Assembly: GCA_002492075.1 (NCBI GenBank)
Contig: DKXD01000171.1
Location: 18,206 to 51,357 of the forward strand
Direction of reading: 5' to 3'
Length of the DNA stretch: 33,152 nt
Source: Ruminococcaceae bacterium UBA7135
Lineage (GTDB): Bacteria; Bacillota; Clostridia; Oscillospirales; Ruminococcaceae
In this document: piece after piece, positions 8,448 through 16,492 of the stretch
How positions within the stretch are numbered: the stretch's first letter is position 1
Layout of the letters: every line of letters begins with the position of its first letter
The notes under the pieces: generated by a model
Databases searched by the model: none
What the model saw: the letters and a program-made list of their open reading frames with translations, nothing else
What the model was told of the DNA's origin: nothing
Made by a program: the position numbers and the translations under genes

Positions 8448-9215
8448 ATGCGGTTCGATCTTGATCTTCCGGCATGGAAATGGCCGTTTTACGTTATGCG
8501 TCACCCCTTTGAGGGATATGAGGATCTTCGTTGGAAAAAGGCATACAATATGCCCTCGGCGATAATAATAGTAGCGCTGTTCTTCATCGTTTCGGTGTTC
8601 GACGTGCTGCTGACAGGTTTTCTTCATAACCACAGCATGGTAAAGGTGTTTAACGTTATCCCTATAATCATCCGCACGATAGTGCTGTTTATCACATGGG
8701 TGGTAGCGAACTGGTCGCTGTGTACGCTGTTCAACGGCGAGGGCAAAATGAAAGCTATCTGCGTGAACACTGCTTACGCTCTTTGCCCGTACATCATTGG
8801 CAAGATAATCAACATCATTCTTTCAAATATGCTGACGACTGATGAAAGCGCGTTTTTGGTGTTCGTAAGTTATATAACCATAGGTTTGAGCGTACTTATG
8901 TTGTTTTCGGGAATGAAAACGGTGCATCAATACACCTTCTGGCAGACGTTCTGGTCGATAGTATTCACGCTGGTGGCGATGGTGATCATTATCATTCTGG
9001 CGGTGCTTCTGGTGTCGCTGTTCCAGCAGGTTTATCTTTTCGTGAACGCGCTTTACACGGAAATACTCTACCGCAATCCGAATATGACCTCGGCGGGACT
9101 GATATTTATCTTTATCGGCATTATCGCGGCTGTGGTAGCTATAATCTGCGTGGCTTATACGTTTTTTGAAAAGGCGCAGAAGAAAAAAGAGCAGAAGAAA
9201 TTCAATAAGGGCTAA
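8448..9215 (+). CDS. Yip1-family multi-pass membrane protein
   Basis: RBS GAGGAGG; N-terminal FYVMRHPFEGYEDLR, WVVANWSLCTLFNGEG and AYALCPYII motifs typical of bacterial Yip1 proteins in sugar ABC loci; about 6 TM helices. Confidence 0.75.
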   Translation: MRFDLDLPAWKWPFYVMRHPFEGYEDLRWKKAYNMPSAIIIVALFFIVSVFDVLLTGFLHNHSMVKVFNVIPIIIRTIVLFITWVVANWSLCTLFNGEGKMKAICVNTAYALCPYIIGKIINIILSNMLTTDESAFLVFVSYITIGLSVLMLFSGMKTVHQYTFWQTFWSIVFTLVAMVIIIILAVLLVSLFQQVYLFVNALYTEILYRNPNMTSAGLIFIFIGIIAAVVAIICVAYTFFEKAQKKKEQKKFNKG

Positions 9216-9240
9216 TGTTACCGAAATGGTGGTGTAAATA

Positions 9241-11634
9241 ATGATGCAACTTCGCAAGAAAATACTTGTTCCGCTTCTTTGCGCGGGCGTTTTGCTTACG
9301 ACGAGCCAAAGCGCGCTGTCGGGTTTGGCGGGAACTTCGGTTCCGGCCGCGGCTGACGCGGCTGATACGGCGGGCGGTTCGGGGAACGACAGCACCGGCG
9401 CCGATAACGCGGGTACGGAAGATAACGCGGGCAGCAGTACTCCTACTGCCGAGCATGTAACGGAAGAAGAAGCATTGGCGGAGATGACGCTGTGCGCGTC
9501 CAGCGATTCGCTGGAGATGTATGTGAATGAGGAAACGGGCACGTTCGCGGTGAAAAATCTCGCCGACGGACACTATGTGTGGAGCAACCCTTATGACGCT
9601 GCCGCAGACAGCTATTCCAACAGCGACTCAAAGCGCGCAGAGCTGAAATCGGCGCTGCTTGTGAACTCCGTTAAGGTAACGGACGTAGATGCTCCGTCTA
9701 CGCCGCTGCGCTCCGCAAAGCACGGAAGCTCAGGAGAGGGCATTACTGCCGTTGAGATGACCGACAAGGGCTTTAAGGCAACTGTGGAATTCCCCGCACA
9801 AGGAATAACAATACCTTATTATGTAACGCTCACCGACGATCATTTTGACGTTTCTGTTGCGATAAACGAAATACATGAGGTTGAGTTCGACTCTCCCGAG
9901 GACATTGATGATTCAACGCGATCGGTAGTAGATCTGGGAGTTATGGCAAATCTTGGCGCGGCGTATGCTGATGAAGACGGCTACTTCGTAATTCCCGACG
10001 GTTCGGGAGCGATAATAAACTTCAACAACGGCAAGCACGCAATGAGCAATTACTCGCAGAAGATGTACGGAAAGGATTATGCGATCTCGCAGGATATGGC
10101 TCCCAAAAAGACCGAGCAGGCTTATCTGCCGATCTTGGGCATAGTCCGCGAAAACGACGCGCTGCTTGAAGTCATCACAGAGGGCGCGGCTTACGCGACA
10201 GCGAAGTCTTACGTTTCAAGGCAAAACGCGACGGGTTATAATACCGCTTATTTCGAGTTCTCAGTTCGTTCCAACGATCAGTACTTTATGGGCGCGGTAA
10301 ACGCCTCCGCTTTGAAGTCTTACGAGCAGAGCAAGATACCCGAAGAGCGCGTTTCGATACGCTACTACCCTATAGCGAAGACAAAAGCAAGCTATGTTGA
10401 TGTAGCAAAGCGCTATCAGCAATATCTTCTTGACGAAGGCTTGATGAGCAAGAAGGACGGTTCGACTACCCCGCTGTATGTTGACTTGTATGGCGGCACG
10501 GTAAAGGAGCAGTCGGTACTGGGTCTGCCTGTAAAGCAGCAGACAGCCGCTACAACATACGATCAGGCGAAGATGATCCTTGAAGAACTTGCGGAGTTGG
10601 GCGTTGATGATATCGTAACGGTATATAATGATTTCAACAAGGCAGGGCTGACCGACAGGATATCCGGCGGCGTGGATTACGCAAGCAAGCTGGGCGGCAA
10701 GAACGACTTTAAGGCGCTTAAAGATTACTGCGCGACAGTCGGTATAACGCTTGTGCCGTCGGTGGATCTTATGGAATATGAGCGCAGCGGCAACGGTTTT
10801 TCCAAGACGGGCGCGTCCGTTATCGGCGTTACAAAGGCGTATGCAACGCAAGGCGAGTACGAGCTTGCGTTCGGAACGCCGAACAGCCTTCGTCCAAGCT
10901 GGTTCATACTCACTCCCGCTTATTTTGAGGAGGCTTATGGAAATGTAATTTCAAGCTTCGCGTCCGAGGGCATGAACGCAATATCCACGGCGAAAGGTAC
11001 AAGTATGCTGTACAGCGACTTCTCGCAGAACGCAAACAAGGGAACGTCCAGACAGCAGGCGGTTGAAAATCTCAAGCTGTGCTATGAAAAGATAGCGAAC
11101 AGCGGATTGAAGTTCGTGACGTCGGTGTGCAACGATTACGCGCTGAAATACGCGGACAGTATACGCAATGTTCCTTTGTACAGCAGCGGATACGATTTGA
11201 CGGACGGCGATATTCCGTTCTATGAGATCGTTATTCACGGATATATCCCTTACACCACCAAGGCAAAGAACGCAAGCTCCGACGCGGATAAGCTGTTTAT
11301 GCTTTCTATGGCGACTGCAACTCCGATGCATTACGAGTTTATGTACGAAAACCCCAACAAGTTTACAGACAGCAAATACGATACGTTGTTCTACACGCAT
11401 TACGACGGCTGGTTGGAGGTCGCGGCGGAGGAGTACAAGATATTTAAGGAAAATCTTTCCGAAGAATCCAATTCTCCGATAGCGGATTTCAAGTATATTT
11501 CCGATAATGTTGTTGAGTGCACGTTCGAGAACGGCACCGTAGTTAAGGCGGATCTTGCAAACTCTACGCTTGAGATAAACGGAACAAGCATTGAACTCCC
11601 TGAGAAAAACTGGAAAGGAGCGACGGTTGATTGA
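9241..11634 (+). CDS. Large secreted protein, DUF5696-like (possible glycoside-hydrolase-like fold)
   Basis: Signal peptide plus acidic linker; motifs GHYVWSNP, GYFVIPDGSGAIINFNNGK, YLPILGI, SYVDVAKRYQQYL, IPFYEIVIHGYIPY; position between Yip1 and permease matches the usual DUF5696 context. Confidence 0.7.
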   Translation: MMQLRKKILVPLLCAGVLLTTSQSALSGLAGTSVPAAADAADTAGGSGNDSTGADNAGTEDNAGSSTPTAEHVTEEEALAEMTLCASSDSLEMYVNEETGTFAVKNLADGHYVWSNPYDAAADSYSNSDSKRAELKSALLVNSVKVTDVDAPSTPLRSAKHGSSGEGITAVEMTDKGFKATVEFPAQGITIPYYVTLTDDHFDVSVAINEIHEVEFDSPEDIDDSTRSVVDLGVMANLGAAYADEDGYFVIPDGSGAIINFNNGKHAMSNYSQKMYGKDYAISQDMAPKKTEQAYLPILGIVRENDALLEVITEGAAYATAKSYVSRQNATGYNTAYFEFSVRSNDQYFMGAVNASALKSYEQSKIPEERVSIRYYPIAKTKASYVDVAKRYQQYLLDEGLMSKKDGSTTPLYVDLYGGTVKEQSVLGLPVKQQTAATTYDQAKMILEELAELGVDDIVTVYNDFNKAGLTDRISGGVDYASKLGGKNDFKALKDYCATVGITLVPSVDLMEYERSGNGFSKTGASVIGVTKAYATQGEYELAFGTPNSLRPSWFILTPAYFEEAYGNVISSFASEGMNAISTAKGTSMLYSDFSQNANKGTSRQQAVENLKLCYEKIANSGLKFVTSVCNDYALKYADSIRNVPLYSSGYDLTDGDIPFYEIVIHGYIPYTTKAKNASSDADKLFMLSMATATPMHYEFMYENPNKFTDSKYDTLFYTHYDGWLEVAAEEYKIFKENLSEESNSPIADFKYISDNVVECTFENGTVVKADLANSTLEINGTSIELPEKNWKGATVD

Positions 11635-12881
11635 GTAAGAAAAAACAAACCGACAGCGCAAACAGCGCGGTCGAGCAAGCAACAATGAATGACGCTCCGA
11701 TAACCGAAAACACAGCGGAAACCGCGGTAGAAATGGCGGCGGAAACTGCCGAACCCGCAGCGGAAAAGGCAGTTGAAACGGCGGTTGAAACGGGTGCTGA
11801 AGCTCCCGAAGAGATCACGGTTCAAACCGAGGATAAGCCCGTTTTGAAAAAATCGGCGCACAATACCGCGGCGGCGGCAGCGTTCAACGCGGCAGGCGAG
11901 GAAACAGACATCCGCCGTTTGGACGGTGAAAAGCGGGAGCGCAAGATAAAGACCAATAAAATATCATACGAGCGAAAAAAACACCTTTATGGTTATGGAT
12001 TTATCGCGCTGTGGCTTGTAGGAACAGTCTGGCTGTTTATTACACCGGTGATCAAGTCGCTGCAATACTCGCTTACGGACGCTATGATCTACGACAAGGC
12101 GGACGCGCTTGCAATGGGATATACCGTTCCCGGTATTCACGGTCCGTGGAACAATTTCGCGAACTATGTTCAGGCGTTTGCGGGTGACCCCACGTTCCCG
12201 CAGGCTCTTGTAGAATCTATTGGCGAGATAATCCCGCAGGCTTTCGTTATTATGATATTCTCGCTGTTTATCGCGATAATCCTGAACCAGAAATTCCGCG
12301 GGAGAACGCTTGCAAGAGCGATATTCTTCCTGCCTGTGCTGATAGCGACAGGTCCCATCATCTCCGTTATCAACGGCGATATGGCGTCGCAGGGCATTTC
12401 GGGCGCGGCACAGTTCAGCACCCTGTTCAAGACCGACTTGGTTGGCGACTTGCTGGAGTTTGTGGGCATTTACAACATAAATCCGGATTTTACGAATTTC
12501 ATTGAGGAAATAACCTCAAACGTGTTGAACCTTGTGTGGAATTCGGGTATCCAGATTTTGATATTCCTGTCAGCGCTGCAAAATATCCCGCCGTCCGCAA
12601 AGGAAGCGGCGAATATGGAGGGCGCAACCTCGTGGGAGTTCTTCTGGAAGATAACATTCCCGATGATAAGCCCAATGATACTTGCGAACCTTGTATACAC
12701 CGTCATAGACGCGTTCGTATCTACCGATAACGATGTAATGCAGTATGTTCTGACTATGCAGAGATACGGCGAATATGGATTCTCGGCAGCAATGGCGTGG
12801 ATATATTTCGCGGTGATAGGCGGTATTCTGGGAATAATCGTACTTATCGTCAACCGATTTGTATTCTATGAAAACGAGTAA
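11631..12881 (+). CDS. Carbohydrate ABC transporter permease (MalF-like) with acidic N-terminal extension
   Basis: TTG overlapping the upstream stop, RBS GGAAAGGAG; FRGRTLARAIFFLPV; EAA loop LSALQNIPPSAKEAANMEGATSWEFFWKITFP. Confidence 0.9.
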   Translation: MSKKKQTDSANSAVEQATMNDAPITENTAETAVEMAAETAEPAAEKAVETAVETGAEAPEEITVQTEDKPVLKKSAHNTAAAAAFNAAGEETDIRRLDGEKRERKIKTNKISYERKKHLYGYGFIALWLVGTVWLFITPVIKSLQYSLTDAMIYDKADALAMGYTVPGIHGPWNNFANYVQAFAGDPTFPQALVESIGEIIPQAFVIMIFSLFIAIILNQKFRGRTLARAIFFLPVLIATGPIISVINGDMASQGISGAAQFSTLFKTDLVGDLLEFVGIYNINPDFTNFIEEITSNVLNLVWNSGIQILIFLSALQNIPPSAKEAANMEGATSWEFFWKITFPMISPMILANLVYTVIDAFVSTDNDVMQYVLTMQRYGEYGFSAAMAWIYFAVIGGILGIIVLIVNRFVFYENE

Positions 12882-12895
12882 GGAGGGCTGTTGAA

Positions 12896-14050
12896 ATGTC
12901 TGATGAAAAAATACTGAAGCCCTCTGTGGCATCGGGCGAGGATGTTGGGCTTTTGGGAGCGGCTCAGCTTGCCGATGATATCAATGGCGAAACTGGCGCG
13001 GTAAAGGTTCCCGTAACACCGAAAAACGAAAGCGTTGAGGACAGACCGAAAACGGGACGCGTATCAAATTGGGACATCATCAAGAATTTCCGTAGATACA
13101 CTCCCTCGGAGCGCAAGCATTACAATTACATCTTCTGGCGCAGAATAGGCGGCGCGGCGTGGCCGATTTTCAGATTCCTGATCATTTTCGGATTGTCGTT
13201 CGTTATCTTGTATCCGATACTTTATATGATAAGCTGCTCGCTGCGTCCGCAGCAGCAGATGAACGACCCCTCTGTAATGTGGATCCCCAAGACTATTCGC
13301 TTCGAGAACTTCAAAGAGGTTTGGAACGCAATAAATTATCCCCAGATCTTGTGGAATACCATTCAGCTGAATGTTGTTTCATCCGTGCTTCAGGTTGCTT
13401 CCTGTGCGCTGACGGGTTACGGATTTGCTCGATTTAGCTTTAAGGGCAAGAAGTTCCTGTTTGCGTTGGTGCTGCTGCAGATTATCGTACCGCCGCAGAT
13501 ACTGATTATGCCGCAGTACAGCTTATTTAGAAACTTTGATATATTCGGATTGTTCCAGGCGTTCACCGGCTCGCCGATAAGCCTTTTGAACACTAACTTT
13601 TCGATGTACATCCCCGCGTTCTTCGGAAACGGTATTCGCGGCGGTCTGTTCATCTATCTGTTTAGGCAATTCTTCAGAGGTCTGCCCAAGGAGCTTGAGG
13701 ACGCGGCGTATCTTGACGGCTGCGGTCCGTTCAAGACATTTATCAGCGTAATGGTTCCGAACGCGGCAAGTTCGTTCCTCACCGTATTTATCTTCTCGAT
13801 AGTTTGGTACTGGAACGACTACTACATCAGTTCGATGTTCTTCAACAACTCGCAGACGATATCTCTTAACATATCTAACCTCGCGGACACTATGGCAATG
13901 GCGTTCACAGGCAAGACGGGCGTTGCAAGAGACTATATGGTGTGGGTAGAGGCGGGTTGCCTTATGGCGATAATTCCAATCATTATCATGTATGTTTTCC
14001 TGCAAAAGTACTTCACCGAAGGTATCGAGCGTGCAGGCTTGGCGAACTAA
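12896..14050 (+). CDS. Carbohydrate ABC transporter permease (MalG-like) with N-terminal extension
   Basis: RBS AAGGAGG; GYGFARFSFKGK; EAA loop YLFRQFFRGLPKELEDAAYLDGC; WYWNDYY. Confidence 0.92.
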   Translation: MSDEKILKPSVASGEDVGLLGAAQLADDINGETGAVKVPVTPKNESVEDRPKTGRVSNWDIIKNFRRYTPSERKHYNYIFWRRIGGAAWPIFRFLIIFGLSFVILYPILYMISCSLRPQQQMNDPSVMWIPKTIRFENFKEVWNAINYPQILWNTIQLNVVSSVLQVASCALTGYGFARFSFKGKKFLFALVLLQIIVPPQILIMPQYSLFRNFDIFGLFQAFTGSPISLLNTNFSMYIPAFFGNGIRGGLFIYLFRQFFRGLPKELEDAAYLDGCGPFKTFISVMVPNAASSFLTVFIFSIVWYWNDYYISSMFFNNSQTISLNISNLADTMAMAFTGKTGVARDYMVWVEAGCLMAIIPIIIMYVFLQKYFTEGIERAGLAN

Positions 14051-14116
14051 AAAAAGCAACTGTGCCGGTATTCGGACAGCGAAGCAGGTTTACAGACTAA
14101 AAAAAGTATATTTATT

Positions 14117-14157
14117 TGTTCTCTCCTCCGCAAAGCGTGGGAGAGAATATTCTTTTA
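14117..14157 (+). terminator. Hairpin with T-rich tail, possible first terminator of the ABC cassette
   Basis: tgttctctcc..cgc-aaa-gcg..ggagagaata followed by ttctttt. Confidence 0.5.
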
Positions 14158-14171
14158 AAAATGTTTAAAGG

Positions 14172-14216
14172 AAAAGTGGTATGTATTATGGCAATCCATA
14201 ATACATACCACTTTTT
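14172..14216. terminator. Bidirectional terminator between the convergent ABC cassette and GH51 gene
   Basis: Perfect 20-bp inverted repeat aaaagtggtatgtattatgg (14172-14191) / ccataatacataccactttt (14196-14215), with A and T tracts at its ends. Confidence 0.85.
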
Positions 14217-14257
14217 GTGTGTTTTCGATTAATTAACGCGACTAGTTCCAAAGCTGC

Positions 14258-15727
14258 TTATTTAAGCTCTATCTGGGTGACGGAGCACGCTGGCAGAGTA
14301 ACGGCAAAACCGCCGTCAACGAGGGAAACGCTGTGGTCTTTTATAACAAGGCGTTCGGGATCGTCGAAATAATTCTTGTCGCGAACATCGTTGCAGCTTA
14401 ATATTTTGCTCTTTGCAAAATTTGGCGAAAAACCGGTAAGATCACACAAAATTTCCGCGTCCTCGTCAAGCGAGCAGTTCGCAAGAGTGACCGTAACAAC
14501 GCCGTTTTTCTCCGAAGCGGAAGCGCTTATCATCGGAAATTTCTTATCGATGCCCGTTTCCTCGTTGTTGAGGTGAGAGTACAAAAGCGTTCCGTTTTGA
14601 TGTTCCTTATAAAGGTCGAAAACATGGTAGGTTGGGGTCATAATGATCTTTTCGTCCTCTGTGAGAATAAGCGCCTGCAAAACATTCACAGCCTGCGCGA
14701 GATTTGCCATTACTATGCGGTCGCTGTGATTATTGAATATATTGAGTGTACACGCGGCGGTTATCGCGTCGCGCATGGTGCTCTGCTGATACAAGGATCC
14801 CGGATCGGTGCCCGGCTCGACGTCGTACCAGTTGCCCCACTCATCGACTGCCAAGCTGATCTTGCGGTTTTTGTCGCGATAATTCATGATGTCTATATGG
14901 CGGTCGATGATCTCCTCAATATACAGCGCAGACGCAACTGTATTATAATATTCCTCGTCGGAATAATCGGTCGCGCTGCCCTTTTTATCCCAGTTTCCGC
15001 TCGGGACAGTATAATAATGCAGCGAAATAGCGTTGGTGTGCCATTCGTTTACGCTTTGCAGAAGAACGTCCGTCCAATGATAATCGTCGCCGCTGGGTCC
15101 GCATGCGACCTTGAACAGCTCGTTGCCGCTGAAATTTTTGCAGAACGCCTGATATTTTCTGTACTCGTCGGCGTAGTATTCGGGGCGCATACTGCCGCCG
15201 GCGCCCCAGTTTTCATTTCCTATGCCGATATATTTCAGCTTCCAAGGTTTTTCACGACCGTTTTTGCGCCGAAGCTCCGACATTTCGGAGTCACCGCCAA
15301 ATGTGATGTATTCTATCCATTCCGCAAGCTCCTGAACCGTGCCGCTGCCAAGGTTTACCGCAAGATACGGCTGGCAGCCTATTTCCTCGCAAAGCTCGAA
15401 GAACTCGTGTGTACCAAAGGAATTGTCCTCGGTGACGTGCCCCCAAAGGTTCACTCTTTTTTTGCGTTCGCTGCCTATTCCGTCTTTCCAGTGGTACTCT
15501 TCCGCAAAACAGCCGCCCGGCCAGCGAAGCACAGGAACGTGTATTGCCTTGAACGCCTCGATAATATCCGTTCTCACGCCGTTTTTGTTCGGAATGGGGG
15601 AGTCTTTGCCGACATAGATCCCGTTATACATACAGCTTCCGAGATGTTCGGAAAAGTGCCCGTATATTTCGGGATTGATATGCGAGCGTCTGTCCGATGC
15701 GTTTACCTGTAAGCTGATTTTTTTCAT
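14258..15727 (-). CDS. Alpha-L-arabinofuranosidase, glycoside hydrolase family 51, cytoplasmic
   Basis: ATG 15727 after GAAAGGAA; IYGHFSEHLG, LRWPGGCFAEEYHWKDGIG, FGTHEF, acid/base GNE, nucleophile DEWG, MANLAQAVNVLQA; no signal peptide. Confidence 0.93.
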   Translation of the reverse strand: MKKISLQVNASDRRSHINPEIYGHFSEHLGSCMYNGIYVGKDSPIPNKNGVRTDIIEAFKAIHVPVLRWPGGCFAEEYHWKDGIGSERKKRVNLWGHVTEDNSFGTHEFFELCEEIGCQPYLAVNLGSGTVQELAEWIEYITFGGDSEMSELRRKNGREKPWKLKYIGIGNENWGAGGSMRPEYYADEYRKYQAFCKNFSGNELFKVACGPSGDDYHWTDVLLQSVNEWHTNAISLHYYTVPSGNWDKKGSATDYSDEEYYNTVASALYIEEIIDRHIDIMNYRDKNRKISLAVDEWGNWYDVEPGTDPGSLYQQSTMRDAITAACTLNIFNNHSDRIVMANLAQAVNVLQALILTEDEKIIMTPTYHVFDLYKEHQNGTLLYSHLNNEETGIDKKFPMISASASEKNGVVTVTLANCSLDEDAEILCDLTGFSPNFAKSKILSCNDVRDKNYFDDPERLVIKDHSVSLVDGGFAVTLPACSVTQIELK

Positions 15728-15822
15728 GGTGTAATTCCTTTCCATAATTTTATACTAATTTCTATTTCTCTTTTCCCGTAAAGCGGGGAGAGAAACCGGT
15801 TTATTTCCAAAACGGGTCAAAT

Positions 15823-16419
15823 TTACAGCTCGCTGCGGTTTTCCAGCGCCTTAACAAGAGTTACGTCATCTGCGAACTCCAGCGCCGAGCCGGCGGGCAG
15901 TCCATATGCAAGCCGCGTAACCTTAATTCCCATAGGCTTTATCAGCCGTCCTATATATACGGCTGTAGCCTCGCCCTCAACAGTGGGATTTGTTGCCATA
16001 ATGACTTCTTTTGTGTCACTGAGCCTTGCCAGCAGCTCTTTTATCTTGATATCCTCGGCGGTAACTCCGTCCATCGGAGACAGCAGTCCGTGCAGAACGT
16101 GGTACAGTCCGTCGTAGCCGCCCGCGCGTTCAAACGCGGAAACATCCTTTGGGCTTTCGACGACGCAGATCTGATCCTTTCGGCGATTTTCGTCAGAGCA
16201 TATCGAGCAGATATTCTGTTCCGTGAAGTTCTGGCAACAGCTGCACAGCCGAACGCTTTTGCGCGCTTTTATTATGTTTTCCGCGAACTCGCGCACTTCG
16301 TCTTCGGGCAGGTTCAGCATATGATACGCCAATCTTTGCGCGGTTTTTATCCCCACGCCCGGCAGCTTTGCAAACTGTTCCGCCGCCAATGCCAGCGGCA
16401 GTGATATATGATCGGACAT
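15823..16419 (-). CDS. recR: Recombination mediator RecR
   Basis: ATG 16419 after AAGAAAGGT; HhH LPGVGIKTAQRLAY, Cys4 CSCC...CSIC, Toprim CVVE, YHVLHGLLSPMDG, ATNPTVEGEATA, VTRLAYGLP. Confidence 0.96.
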   Translation of the reverse strand: MSDHISLPLALAAEQFAKLPGVGIKTAQRLAYHMLNLPEDEVREFAENIIKARKSVRLCSCCQNFTEQNICSICSDENRRKDQICVVESPKDVSAFERAGGYDGLYHVLHGLLSPMDGVTAEDIKIKELLARLSDTKEVIMATNPTVEGEATAVYIGRLIKPMGIKVTRLAYGLPAGSALEFADDVTLVKALENRSEL

Positions 16420-16492
16420 TTTTGTAACCTTTCTTTTCTGTTCTAGTTTACTTTTTTGCGGCGGTTCGTCTTTCATGGCGTTTCTACGAAGT

